Assembly: GCA_021790115.1 (NCBI GenBank) | Contig: JAJYIM010000005.1 | Span: forward strand, 1-60,216 | Direction of reading: 5' to 3' | DNA from: Actinomycetes bacterium | Lineage (GTDB): Bacteria > Actinomycetota > Thermoleophilia > BMS3ABIN01 | DNA: 60,216 bases | In this document: positions 17,478-27,156 of the stretch, piece by piece | Position numbering within the stretch: the stretch's first letter is position 1 | How the letters are laid out: each line of letters starts with the position of its first letter | Position numbers and translations under genes: made by a program | The notes under the pieces: generated by a model | What the model was told of the DNA's origin: nothing | What the model saw: only the letters and a program-made list of their open reading frames with translations | Databases searched by the model: none

Positions 17478-20138
17478 CTACCGTCTTGCTTGTTTGGCGG
17501 CCGCCAGCCGCCGGGCGGCGGCGAGCTGCTCCTTGCGGTCGCCAACCTCGCCCTCGATTTTAAGCCGCCGCACCTCCGCCAGGATCTCCCCCAGTTCAGG
17601 AGATTGCTTAAGCCCGGCGGCTATCAGGTCGCGGCCGCTAATGCTTATATCAATAAATTTAAGCTCTGTTAAGTAAAGCTCCAGCAGGGCGGCGGCCCCA
17701 TCGTCCCTGGTCTCAGCCCAGGCCAGTAAAACCGCTTCAGGAGGCACGCGCGCCAGCATCTCATAAACAGCCGAGCGCGAAAGTTTTTCACCACCAAGGC
17801 GGCTCAAAATCTGGCGCGCCACCACGACGCCGCTAATGATCCGCTCGGCGTCCGGGCGCTTCAGTTTTAACCGCTCTGCCCAAAGCTCGAGTTGACTGGC
17901 TTCCATTTTCCTGGCCAACGCGGACAGCCGCAGGCACCAGGGCTTGATCTGGTCAAGCAGCCGGAAGCGGCGCGCGCCCGCATCGGCGCGCCTGACCAGC
18001 TCCGCGGTGGCGGCGTCCATCAACAGCGCCGGATGGATGGCGGCAGCCAGGCCCAGCTCGCCGATCCTAAGAATAGTATGCTCCACTTCCGGCTCCGAGA
18101 ACAACCAGACAAGCTCGTCCCTAAGCCGCGCCGAAGAGAGGTCGCCAACCAGGTTCATCTCCACGCAGCCGCGGGCCAGGCCGAGCGTATGCCGGTTCAT
18201 CCTGAACCCAAGACGGTTCTCATAACGGATAGCCCGGAAAATGCGGGTCGGGTCCTCAATGAAGCTGAGGTTATGCAGCACCCTGATCACCCGCTCCTCT
18301 ATGTCCTTAAGGCCGCCAAAAAAATCAAGCAGGCGGCCGAAGTCATGCAGGCCCAGTGAAACCGCCATGGCGTTGATGGTAAAATCGCGGCGGTAGAGGT
18401 CGCGCTTAATGGAGGCATGCGCCACCGTTGGCAGCGCCGCCGGGTAATCATAAAACTCGGTGCGGGCCGTGGCCACGTCCACGCGCATCTGCGGTTGCGT
18501 GTCTTGGAGGATGATCACCGCCGTGTTGAATTTATGATGAGCCCGCACCCTCCCCCCCAGCTCCGCCGCCAGCCGCCGGGCAAACTCGATTCCATCACCT
18601 TCCACCGCGATGTCAACATCGTTGTTGGGCTCGTCGAGGATCAGGTCGCGCACGAACCCGCCTACCAGATAGATACCGCGGAAATCCACGCTTAGGCGCC
18701 CGGCGGCGTCCAGCAGCGGCTTCAGCTCCGGGCGCGCCGCCAGCCGGCCGCGGAAATTTACGCCCGTGCGGGCCGCCGCCTCAGCGGCTTCTTCAATCTG
18801 GGCGCCGTGCAGGGTGCGAAGAATATCCGTGCGGGTGACGATTCCGGTCACCTCAGCAGCAGCGACCTGGCGCGAGCCGGCCGCTGCAGCGCGCACGACC
18901 GGGATGCGCCCCACCGTGCCGGTTGCCATCAGGCGGCGCAGCTCGTGCAGAGGGGCGTCCTCGGCCACGACCTTGACTTCCCGGGACATGACGCCCTTGA
19001 CAGGCGCATGCCCCAGTTTGTGCGCCAACGCCTTATCCAGGTCCTTGCGCGAGACAACGCCGGCCAGAAGGCCGCCTTCGCTGATGCTGACGCCGCTGTG
19101 CCCATGGCGGTGGCAGAAGGCCAGGGCTTCGGCAATCGCCATCTGCGCGTCAATAAAATGAACAGGATGGGACATGATGTCGCCGGCGCGCAACGGCTCC
19201 TCAACCACCCGGGGCAGCGCCGCAAGCAATGCCTGCCGGGCCTCTTCGAGGCTCTTGCCCTTGATGATAGCCGAGGCGGCCTGGCTGTGCCCGCCGCCGC
19301 CGACCGCCGCCAGCGCCCGGGCCACATTCAGAAGGCGACTCTTGCTGCGCCCGACAACGAAAATGCGGTCCTCCATTTCCACGGCCACGATCAGCGCCTG
19401 GCAATCAGTGACGTCCATGATCTTGTGCGCCACCACGCTCAGGCCCTCGACGTATACCGGGCTGCGCACAGCGGCAAGGAACACCTCCACGTCATCGGCC
19501 GAGGCGGGCTCCAGGCGGTCGACGAGCAGCAGCAGCAGCTGCCGCTGCCCCTCACTGAGAGGGTTGTGCAGATATTTGCCAATCAGGCTCTGGCTTGCCC
19601 CCAGCCGCATGCAAAGCGCCAGGGCCTCGGCGTCGCGGGCGGTGGTGGTCGGATAAGTGAGGGAACCGGTGTCCTCGTGAATTCCCAGGGCGAAAATGGT
19701 TGCTTCCAGCGGCGAGACCTCCACTTTGCGGTCGTGGATGATCTTCAACATGGTTGTCACCAGAGAGCCGTCTTCGGAAAGAACATAGTTGTCCTCCGAG
19801 ACAAATGCCGGCCGCTGTGACGCGGCCCTCAGGCGGTGATGATCAAAAACAATTGTCTCGACTGCCTCGTGGCCGCAGATTTTCTCAAACTCGCCCAGGC
19901 GGTTGCAGTGAATCGTGTCAACCATGATCAGGCGCTCAAGGCGCTCAAAATCAACCAGGGATGTGTCCACCGTGTCGATCTCATCCGCATGCAGGTTGTA
20001 AAACTCGCGTACGTTGCGGTTAAGTGACCCGGGGAAGCAGATGCGGGCTTCGGGATACAGCCTGCTGGCGGCCACGGCGGCAGCAAAGCCGTCGAAATCG
20101 GTATTTGTGTGGGTAACTATGATCTCGGGGATGTTCAC
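17478..20138 (-). CDS. tRNA nucleotidyltransferase with DHH/DHHA1 and CBS domains (A-adding/CCA enzyme)
   Basis: HTNTDFD, DHH, GGGH, CBS pair, VGGFVRD, DVD, DLYRRDFTINA, EDPTRIFRA; start at GTG 20138 is inferred. Confidence 0.9.
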   Translation of the reverse strand: MNIPEIIVTHTNTDFDGFAAAVAASRLYPEARICFPGSLNRNVREFYNLHADEIDTVDTSLVDFERLERLIMVDTIHCNRLGEFEKICGHEAVETIVFDHHRLRAASQRPAFVSEDNYVLSEDGSLVTTMLKIIHDRKVEVSPLEATIFALGIHEDTGSLTYPTTTARDAEALALCMRLGASQSLIGKYLHNPLSEGQRQLLLLLVDRLEPASADDVEVFLAAVRSPVYVEGLSVVAHKIMDVTDCQALIVAVEMEDRIFVVGRSKSRLLNVARALAAVGGGGHSQAASAIIKGKSLEEARQALLAALPRVVEEPLRAGDIMSHPVHFIDAQMAIAEALAFCHRHGHSGVSISEGGLLAGVVSRKDLDKALAHKLGHAPVKGVMSREVKVVAEDAPLHELRRLMATGTVGRIPVVRAAAAGSRQVAAAEVTGIVTRTDILRTLHGAQIEEAAEAAARTGVNFRGRLAARPELKPLLDAAGRLSVDFRGIYLVGGFVRDLILDEPNNDVDIAVEGDGIEFARRLAAELGGRVRAHHKFNTAVIILQDTQPQMRVDVATARTEFYDYPAALPTVAHASIKRDLYRRDFTINAMAVSLGLHDFGRLLDFFGGLKDIEERVIRVLHNLSFIEDPTRIFRAIRYENRLGFRMNRHTLGLARGCVEMNLVGDLSSARLRDELVWLFSEPEVEHTILRIGELGLAAAIHPALLMDAATAELVRRADAGARRFRLLDQIKPWCLRLSALARKMEASQLELWAERLKLKRPDAERIISGVVVARQILSRLGGEKLSRSAVYEMLARVPPEAVLLAWAETRDDGAAALLELYLTELKFIDISISGRDLIAAGLKQSPELGEILAEVRRLKIEGEVGDRKEQLAAARRLAAAKQARR

Positions 20139-20146
20139 GGACTTCT

Positions 20147-21193
20147 TTACGCGAAAAACGTCCTGGCCAGCTCCCAGAGCTCCGGCCGCACCAGTTTGCG
20201 CTCGCCAACCGCCACCGCAAGCGGCACAGACACGATCTCGTCTCCCTGAAGGGCGGCCATCTGGCCCCACTGCCCTGCCTCAACCATCTCAGCCGCCTTG
20301 ATGCCGTAGCGGGTGGCGAGGATGCGGTCATGGGCCGTAGGCGTGCCGCCGCGCTGGATGTGTCCCAGCACTGTCGCGCGGGTCTCGAAACCGGTGCGGC
20401 GCTCAATCTCCTTGGCCAACAGGTTGGCGACGCCGCCCAGCTTGACGTTGCCGAAGGCATCAACCTCTTCAGACTGCGTCACCAGCTGTTCCTCACCTTC
20501 CCTGGTCAGCAGCTTCGCGCCCTCGCTGACGGCGACGATATTGAAGTTCTTGCCGCCCCCACGGCTGCGGCGCAGGGCATCGCAGACCTCGGCCACCGAG
20601 ACCTCAAACTCAGGCAGCATGATGACGTCGGCGCCGCCGGCGATGCCGGCCATCACAGTGATCCAGCCGGTGTGCCGGCCCATGATCTCAACCACGATTG
20701 TGCGGTCGTGGGATTCGGCAGTGGTGTTCAGGCGGTCGATACACTCCGTGGCGATCTGGACCGCGGTGTCGAAGCCGAAGGTGTAGTCAGTGCCGGAGAG
20801 GTCGTTGTCGATTGTCTTGGGCACGCCCACCATGTTCAGCGAATATTCGCCGTGCAACTTGTTGGCGACCCCCAGGGTATCATCACCGCCGATGGCGATA
20901 GTCGCCCAAATATCATTTTGTTGCAAATTGTCAACGAGCAGCTCAGCGCCGCCTGACTGCTTCATCGGATTTGTGCGCGAGGTGCGCAGGATGGTGCCGC
21001 CCTTGGCCAGGATGTCAGCCGTGGATTTAATGTCAAGCGGCATGTATTCGTTTTCCAGCAGCCCGCGCCAGCCGTGCCGGACGCCGACCATCTCAAAGCC
21101 AGCCTTGACCAGCTTCAGGGTGGCGGCGCGGATGACTGCGTTAAGCCCCGGACAGTCGCCGCCGCCGGTGAGGATTGCAACTTTCTTTGCCAT
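20147..21193 (-). CDS. pfkA: 6-phosphofructokinase
   Basis: LTGGGDCPGLN, IGGDDT, PKTIDND, EIMGR, LGHIQRGG; GGAGG RBS. Confidence 0.96.
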   Translation of the reverse strand: MAKKVAILTGGGDCPGLNAVIRAATLKLVKAGFEMVGVRHGWRGLLENEYMPLDIKSTADILAKGGTILRTSRTNPMKQSGGAELLVDNLQQNDIWATIAIGGDDTLGVANKLHGEYSLNMVGVPKTIDNDLSGTDYTFGFDTAVQIATECIDRLNTTAESHDRTIVVEIMGRHTGWITVMAGIAGGADVIMLPEFEVSVAEVCDALRRSRGGGKNFNIVAVSEGAKLLTREGEEQLVTQSEEVDAFGNVKLGGVANLLAKEIERRTGFETRATVLGHIQRGGTPTAHDRILATRYGIKAAEMVEAGQWGQMAALQGDEIVSVPLAVAVGERKLVRPELWELARTFFA

Positions 21194-21494
21194 CTGACAA
21201 CCTCCGTTTTTTAGCCTGTTGCCGGTTCGAGGCCTGCCACAGGAGCCCCGAAATTTCTCAAGGCGAATAATATCTCTGGAGGCTTGATAATAAAACCTTC
21301 CCTGCCCACATTTCCATTTCGAACAGTCGGGGCGGCCGGGAAAATAAGAAGAAAATCTTATGAATTTATTAAGCAATACTGGAGAGAATGCGGCGCAATA
21401 ACATATTGTTTAAATACACCTAGAATAGTAAGATTATTATTGCCTGTCCCGGCTGGAAACTTTTAAGGCAGCTTTGCAAACAGCCGAGATAAGT

Positions 21495-21700
21495 AACAGG
21501 CGCCAAGGGACCACACAGGTCGCTTGAGCGCCGCCGGCTTTGCTCGTGCGGGTAAGAGAGACCAGCGCAGGTCGACAGCCATGTGCCGTAAATGTCTTTC
21601 GCTGTGCCTCCCGCCCTCCACAGGTGGACGCGCGGGCAACTGATTTCCCGGGGACGTGATGCGGGCCAAAGCGCGCATCACGTCCCCGGCCCAATTTTTG
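21495..21700 (+). ncRNA. Candidate structured ncRNA (family not assigned)
   Basis: Three consecutive hairpins followed by a perfect 16-bp stem and short T tract in a gene-free ~600 bp gap. Confidence 0.45.
21648..21699 (+). terminator. Strong hairpin, probable terminator
   Basis: CCGGGGACGTGATGCG (21648-21663) / CGCATCACGTCCCCGG (21674-21689), then TTTTT at 21695-21699. Confidence 0.65.
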
Positions 21701-21769
21701 GGGACGCAGTGCGGGCGTTGTCAACGTCAAGCCCCGTCCTACATGTAAACGTAAACAAGGCCAACCAAA

Positions 21770-21795
21770 GGCACGCTGGAAGCCTGCCATATACC
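21770..21795 (-). repeat. REP-like palindrome, family A variant
   Basis: Reverse complement GGTATATGGCAGGCTTCCAGCGTGCC resembles 16670-16695. Confidence 0.5.
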
Positions 21796-21804
21796 GAATA
21801 ATAA

Positions 21805-21984
21805 TTATTCTTCGAATTTGATGACTTCGCGGCCCTTGTAGGTGCCGCAGGTGGGACAGACGCGGTGGGGCAGCTTGAAGCTATGGCATTGGGGACAAGT
21901 GTTTACGCCCGGCGCCTGAAGGGCGTCGTGCGAGCGCCGCTGGTCGCGGCGCGCCTGTGAAGTTTTTCGTTTGGGGACAGCCAT
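21805..21984 (-). CDS. rpmF: 50S ribosomal protein L32 (59 aa, Zn-ribbon form)
   Basis: Hand-translated [19 protein letters not shown]...CPQC...[16 protein letters not shown]; follows DUF177. Confidence 0.97.
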   Translation of the reverse strand: MAVPKRKTSQARRDQRRSHDALQAPGVNTCPQCHSFKLPHRVCPTCGTYKGREVIKFEE

Positions 21985-22061
21985 TTAATTAGTTTCAGGT
22001 TTCGGGTTTTAAATTTTGAATTTCGAGGAATTTGCCAGTTCCAAAAAGGAAGGATAGCACA

Positions 22062-22601
22062 TTAGTCCGCTGCCTTCCACTGCCTCAGCTTTCCCCAGCG
22101 CTCATCAATCGGCGGCTTGCAGCCGCACTCCCCGGCATTGAGGTTGACGCCGCACTGCGGGCATAGCCCCTTGCAATCCTCCCGGCATAGAATCTGCGGC
22201 GGCAACAACTCGGCGATGGCGCTGCGTGCCCACTCGGACAAATTCAGGCTTCCGTCCTCCATAAACCAGAGCGACGGCTCTTCCTCCTCCCCGGTCTCCG
22301 CCACCGGCGGCAATTTGGTCTCGAAATAATCCTCTGCCTTGACATCAAGGTCAAGGTCGGCCCGCTCCAGGCAGCGCCAGCAGACGCCCTCGAGGCGGCA
22401 GCTGAACCTAAGTTGCGCCGCAAAGCCCTCGCCTGCATAGGTGACCGTCAGCCGGGCCGGCACCACTTCGGGAACGAAACCATAATCACGGCCGGCCAGC
22501 CTGAGCGGCGGCAGGTAGAGCTCCAGATCAAACGTGCGGGCGGCGCCCGCCCTCGGCGGCACCAAGGCAAGATCAAAAGTAGTGGGTTTGCGCTTGGGCA
22601 T
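22062..22601 (-). CDS. DUF177/YceD family protein
   Basis: CWRC, LCREDCKGLCPQCGVNLN...CGC...IDERW; upstream of rpmF. Confidence 0.92.
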   Translation of the reverse strand: MPKRKPTTFDLALVPPRAGAARTFDLELYLPPLRLAGRDYGFVPEVVPARLTVTYAGEGFAAQLRFSCRLEGVCWRCLERADLDLDVKAEDYFETKLPPVAETGEEEEPSLWFMEDGSLNLSEWARSAIAELLPPQILCREDCKGLCPQCGVNLNAGECGCKPPIDERWGKLRQWKAAD

Positions 22602-22661
22602 GAAAGAAAAAGTTTCGAGGCTGCTTCGTGGACTGACCGGGAAACCGGACCCGCGCAAGAT

Positions 22662-23141
22662 TTATTCTGCTTCTTGTGGCTGCTGCTCTTCCTCGCCGGT
22701 CTTTCCCTGGAGCCGCTCGCGGCCGCGCCTGACCGCCGCCAGGAATTTCTCTAGGTTTACTTCCAGCGTCTCCAGAACCTCGTCAGCGTAATCCTCGGCA
22801 CCCAGGCGGATCTCACGCTCGCGGGCGCGGGCGTCCTCCATGATCTGGGCGGCGTTGCGCTCGGCCATTTTTACAACTTCCTGCTCGGATGTCAGCCGCT
22901 CCGCCTGGTCGTTTGCCTCCTTGACGATGCGGTCGCTTTCTGTCTTGGCCTCAGCCAGCATCTCCTGCCGCTCCTTGACGATCCAGCGCGCCTGCTTGAT
23001 CTCCTCCGGGATCGTGGTCCGCATCTGGTCGAGGATGTCATAAATCTCCTCGCGCTCAATCATGACCTTGTCGGTCATCGGCATCGGCCGGGCGTTGTTG
23101 ACTATTTCATCAAGCTTGTCTATTAAAACCAGTACGTCCAC
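22662..23141 (-). CDS. Coiled-coil protein of the coaD-DUF177 locus (DivIVA/SepIVA-like)
   Basis: IPEEIKQARWIVKER...GAEDYADEVL; conserved position. Confidence 0.75.
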   Translation of the reverse strand: MDVLVLIDKLDEIVNNARPMPMTDKVMIEREEIYDILDQMRTTIPEEIKQARWIVKERQEMLAEAKTESDRIVKEANDQAERLTSEQEVVKMAERNAAQIMEDARAREREIRLGAEDYADEVLETLEVNLEKFLAAVRRGRERLQGKTGEEEQQPQEAE

Positions 23142-23162
23142 TTTGCCTCCAGGGTTCCAGGT

Positions 23163-23648
23163 TTACTGGAAAAGCTCAGCAAGCCGCCCGGCCACCACCG
23201 GTGGAACCAGGTCATCAACCTTGCCGCCAAATTTTGCTATCTCCTTAACGCCGCTGGAGCTTAAAAAGCTGAACTCCGGCGACGCCATCAAATAAACTGT
23301 TTCTATGTCTGGGGCCAGTTTCCTGTTAAGCTGCGCCATTTGAAATTCGTATTCGAAATCGGAGATGGCCCTGAGGCCCTTCACCAGCGCCCGCGCCTTC
23401 CATTTGCGCGCGAAATCAACCAGCAGGGTGTCAAAGACATCGACTTCGATATCTTCCCCCAGCGATGCTTTTAAAAACGCAGCCCGTTCTCCAGCGTCAA
23501 ACATCGTTTCCTTGCGCGGCTCGGCCACCACGCCGACCACTACCCGGGAAAAAAGGCCGCCGGCGCGGCGGATAATGTCAAGGTGCCCTTCGGTGACCGG
23601 GTCATATGTGCCCGGGCAGACGGCAATAATATCGGAAAAATCTGCCAT
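23163..23648 (-). CDS. coaD: Pantetheine-phosphate adenylyltransferase
   Basis: PGTYDPVTEGH, KGLRAISDFEYE, LSSSGVKE. Confidence 0.97.
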   Translation of the reverse strand: MADFSDIIAVCPGTYDPVTEGHLDIIRRAGGLFSRVVVGVVAEPRKETMFDAGERAAFLKASLGEDIEVDVFDTLLVDFARKWKARALVKGLRAISDFEYEFQMAQLNRKLAPDIETVYLMASPEFSFLSSSGVKEIAKFGGKVDDLVPPVVAGRLAELFQ

Positions 23649-23661
23649 GAGAGCGTAACCC

Positions 23662-24198
23662 CTAGTCAGCCTGAAACAGCCGAACCCGCGTATCGCCGTA
23701 CATTTTGCTGGCAAGCAGCCTGAAAGGAAGAATCACATCCTCGCGGGAATCAAACTCAATTACGACCCTGCCGCCAGGCGCTGCCACCCGCGGCAGCCAA
23801 GTTTCCAGTTCGGCCTCGATAACGCGGTGAATTTTATAGGGAGGATCAACAAAAATCAAATCAAAGCGCTGCTGCTTTTTGGCTGCATCTTTAAGAAAAG
23901 CAAGGTAGTCGCGGCGGCTGAGGGCGGCGTTTTCAAGTTTTAGTTTTGTGGTATTACTGGCGATTGTCCTGACGGCCGCGGCGCGGTTGTCAACCATGGT
24001 GGCCGCCGCGGCGCCGCGGCTAAGCGCCTCCAGGGCCAGGGCGCCGCTGCCGGCAAACAGGTCAAGCACGCGCAGGCCGGCAACATCTCCCAGCATGCTG
24101 AAGACCGCCTCCCGCACCCGGTCGGCCGTCGGCCGCGTCCGCGTCCCCCGCGGCGCGGCGATGATGGTTCCCTTCCTGGAGCCGGCAATTATGCGCAT
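23662..24198 (-). CDS. rsmD: 16S rRNA m2G966 methyltransferase
   Basis: MRIIAG, TRPT, LDLFAGSG, EALSRG, DPPY. Confidence 0.95.
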   Translation of the reverse strand: MRIIAGSRKGTIIAAPRGTRTRPTADRVREAVFSMLGDVAGLRVLDLFAGSGALALEALSRGAAAATMVDNRAAAVRTIASNTTKLKLENAALSRRDYLAFLKDAAKKQQRFDLIFVDPPYKIHRVIEAELETWLPRVAAPGGRVVIEFDSREDVILPFRLLASKMYGDTRVRLFQAD

Positions 24199-24331
24199 GG
24201 AATTTTAATGGACCGCGCCTTCACTATGGCGAGAGTATCGAGGCGTTACTTGCTATGGAAACACCGGCCTTTGCCGCTGTTCTTACCGCCGGCGGCGCCA
24301 ATGTCCCCAGCGCCGATACCGTATGCGGGCA

Positions 24332-24691
24332 CTAATTCCCGTACAACCAGACTGCTTCCGCCGCGATTGTCGCGAAAAAGCGGCTCCCTTGCTTGAGGGA
24401 ATCCCATTCTTCTTTAGTGTAAACCAGCAAATCGGTTGGCACCGGCAGACTGGCGAGATCCCATTCAACAGCCCTTTTTTCAAATGGCTCGTTTGAACTA
24501 TCAATAACCGCAATTAAGTCAAGATCGCTGCCGACGCCCCAGTCACCCCTGGCGTAAGAGCCAAAATATCCAAGCCTGATGACGTCGTTTCTTTGCGTCA
24601 GTACATCCCTAGCCCAGCGCCCGGCGGCCTGCCTGACTGCATCGCCGTCAGGCCATCTGAGAACCGGCGAACCCAATAATCGCACCGGCAT
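24332..24691 (-). CDS. Minimal nucleotidyltransferase (MNT), partner of HEPN
   Basis: FGSYARG...SDLDL; overlaps HEPN gene. Confidence 0.85.
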   Translation of the reverse strand: MPVRLLGSPVLRWPDGDAVRQAAGRWARDVLTQRNDVIRLGYFGSYARGDWGVGSDLDLIAVIDSSNEPFEKRAVEWDLASLPVPTDLLVYTKEEWDSLKQGSRFFATIAAEAVWLYGN

Positions 24692-25031
24692 ATTCAAGCG
24701 CCCCCTTGCTCTGCAGCGGCCCATAATGCTCAAACGGCGCCCCTGCCGGATGTCCGTTGGGATAACGGGCCGGAATGTAAAAGTTGTCAAGCACTTTGGC
24801 TTTCTCGATCAGATCTGCCGGCACTTCAAGCGGCAACTCCTCAAGCAGCCGCGCCACGACGTGCCCCCAGGCTTCCTGGCCCAGATGCAGATGGATAGCT
24901 TTCACGGCCTTTTCCGCCGCCTGTTGAGCGGCAAAACATGCCCACTCATGCCGGCCGGCCTTTTGAGAATCACCGGCCTGCTCCAGATCCCGCCTGGCCT
25001 GATTTAGCCAATCATGCGCCCTCGTTGGCAC
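24648..25031 (-). CDS. HEPN domain protein
   Basis: DWLNQARRDL, ACFAAQQAAEKAVKA, GH, YIPARYP; GTG after AGGAGG. Confidence 0.88.
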   Translation of the reverse strand: MPTRAHDWLNQARRDLEQAGDSQKAGRHEWACFAAQQAAEKAVKAIHLHLGQEAWGHVVARLLEELPLEVPADLIEKAKVLDNFYIPARYPNGHPAGAPFEHYGPLQSKGALEYAGAIIGFAGSQMA

Positions 25032-25142
25032 AATTTTCCTCCTCCTCAAAAGAGATGAGAACTGCCGGACATTTCACCGCATTTTCAGGATATTTTGGCG
25101 GATTTTCATGCCTGTGATTTTACCACAGAAGCAATCCCGATC

Positions 25143-25223
25143 AAGGAGACACCAAACCTATTTCAGCCCTCCGCCCGTATGTTCGGCAAGCAAGGGGAGA
25201 AAAAATAGGTATGGTTTCCCCCT
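25143..25223. repeat. Imperfect 21-bp inverted repeat
   Basis: AAGGAGACACCAAACCTATTT vs reverse complement AAGGGGAAACCATACCTATTT (18/21). Confidence 0.55.
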
Positions 25224-25409
25224 TTACGCCATTCATATCCCTGGCCGAGATTGTCCGGACGAGCTTCCCCCGGATCGTTAACACCACAAATGACAGTCTT
25301 CCCTCACCTGTTTGCCCCAGACAGTAATAAATCGACTCTGATTTCGAATGCCCTTCGTCAACGACGATAAATAAAAGCTAGTTGAAGCTTTGACGAATGA
25401 AGGGGCTAA

Positions 25410-25588
25410 AAGCCTATTTCGATAGGCGTATTCTGCTGCGGCCGGCTGCAAAGACCATGGGCTGCGTCCTCGGAGCAAAAAGTCCAGGGCGTACCGCAGC
25501 GGGTACGACTGCGGGCTTTTTACTCCTGCGTCCTTGCCCATGGCCTTTTCGCTCGGCCTCGCAACGAATTACCTATCTAAATAGGCTC
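25410..25588 (-). mobile_element. 179-bp palindromic MITE-like / structured element, copy 1
   Basis: Terminal inverted repeats, TAA on both flanks, homologous to 44206-44384. Confidence 0.75.
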
Positions 25589-25840
25589 TAAGCGACATCA
25601 ATCAGATCCTCCTGAATAAACTCTAGACGTCGCGGCTTGACGGCACGGGTCGAAACAAGCTCAACAAAGCGTAGGCCGATCACTGGATCAACCTCTACAA
25701 GTATGTCAATGTCGCTGTCTGCTTGTTGCTCGCCGCGTGCATAAGAACCAAAAAGTGCTAACCGCTTCATGCCCTACCTGCGCTTGAGCTCAGGTTCCAG
25801 CCCTTTGAGAATTATTTATAACTTCAGCCCTGGTTTTCAT
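25588..25840 (-). pseudogene. Degraded MNT antitoxin gene
   Basis: MKTRAEVIK then frameshift to ILKGLEPELKRR*GMKRLALFGSYARG...DSDIDIL; in-frame stop, apparent internal deletion, no partner toxin. Confidence 0.75.
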
Positions 25841-26157
25841 CGGCAATTTCTGATTTTTGCTTGTTTGATGAGTTTTTACAGCTTATAGGGACGCCTCGAT
25901 CCCTATTTTACGTCATTGAGATGAATTGCGGAACCTATGGACATAATCACCTTACGGCGGAAAAGATGGTGCTTTAATTCACTGGACGGATTTACGGCAC
26001 GAGGTAACCGGAGCCGGCTTTGAAGATACCCACGCAATCGTTAGCCACGTCCGGAATCAGGCAGCCAGTATTCCAGTTAGTGTCAACAGGGTATTCTCTC
26101 GCGACATCAAAAACCACGTTTGCCGTTGACAGGCACTTTTTGCGAGCAGCGGTTTAA

Positions 26158-26189
26158 GTGTCTGCACAGGCTAAAAGCCTGTGCTTACC
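26158..26189 (-). repeat. REP-like palindrome, family A, overlapping folD stop
   Basis: GTGTCTGCACAGGCTAAAAGCCTGTGCTTACC. Confidence 0.75.
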
Positions 26190-27048
26190 GGGCCTGTGCC
26201 GGCAACGTCATCTGCGTGGCCTTTAACGTGTTTTTCATCAGCATGGCGATGGTCATGGGGCCGACGCCGCCGGGGACGGGAGTGATGGCGCGCGCTTTTT
26301 CCCTGGCGGCCTCAAAATCAACGTCGCCAACAAGTCCCTCGTCGGTGCGGTTTATGCCGACGTCGATCACGGTGGCGCCTTCCTTCACCATGTCGCCGGT
26401 AATCATTTTTGGAACTCCCACGGCCGCCACCAACACATCGGCGCCGCGGCAGACGCCTGCCAGGTCCCTAGTCTTGGAATGAGCTATCGTGACAGTGCAG
26501 TTTTCAGCCAGGAGAAGCAGCGCCGCCGGTTTGCCGACGATGTTGCTGCGGCCGACGATAACCGCGTTCGCGCCCTCCAGCCGGGCGCCGCTGCGCTTGA
26601 GCAGCTCAACACAACCTGCGGGCGTGCAGGGAGGCATGGTCGCTTGTCCGACAGCCAGCCGCCCGACGTTGACCGGATGGAAACCATCCACATCCTTGTT
26701 GGGCTCAATTGCCAGAAGCACCTCGGCGGAATCCAGCTGCGAGGGCAGCGGCAACTGTACCAGGATGCCATGGATGTCATCACGATTGTTGAGCTCGTAG
26801 ACGAGATCCATCAGCTTTTCCTGGCTCGTATCGGCGGGAAGCTCAAATTTGAACGAATTGAAGCCGACCTCCGCGCAGGCGCTCTCCTTGTTGCGCACGT
26901 AAACCTGCGAGGCCGGATCCTCACCCACCAGCACTACGGCCAGTCCAGGAGTAAGGCCATGCTTTGACTTTAGCTTCTTTACTTCAGCGGCCACTTCCGC
27001 ACGGATGTCGGCTGAAATTTGTTTGCCGTCGATTATCTCTGCAGCCAT
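26185..27048 (-). CDS. folD: Methylene-THF dehydrogenase/cyclohydrolase
   Basis: [39 protein letters not shown]. Confidence 0.97.
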   Translation of the reverse strand: MAAEIIDGKQISADIRAEVAAEVKKLKSKHGLTPGLAVVLVGEDPASQVYVRNKESACAEVGFNSFKFELPADTSQEKLMDLVYELNNRDDIHGILVQLPLPSQLDSAEVLLAIEPNKDVDGFHPVNVGRLAVGQATMPPCTPAGCVELLKRSGARLEGANAVIVGRSNIVGKPAALLLLAENCTVTIAHSKTRDLAGVCRGADVLVAAVGVPKMITGDMVKEGATVIDVGINRTDEGLVGDVDFEAAREKARAITPVPGGVGPMTIAMLMKNTLKATQMTLPAQAR

Positions 27049-27156
27049 TGAAAACCTCCATTATCTGCATTGACCACAGGGCACTCATATTTCTGACATG
27101 CCCGCAATTAGCGCCAGATATTATCAAAAAAAACGCAGGGGCGCACGGCCGGCGTC

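Noticed and set aside
21581-21643. 20-aa Cys-rich ORF MCRKCLSLCLPPSTGGRAGN inside the candidate ncRNA
   Set aside because: No Shine-Dalgarno; the region is better explained by RNA structure.
25278-25591. ORFs 25278..25541 and 25397..25591, and similar ORFs 44135..44380 and 44202..44387
   Set aside because: Their mutual similarity is just translation of the 179-bp repeat.
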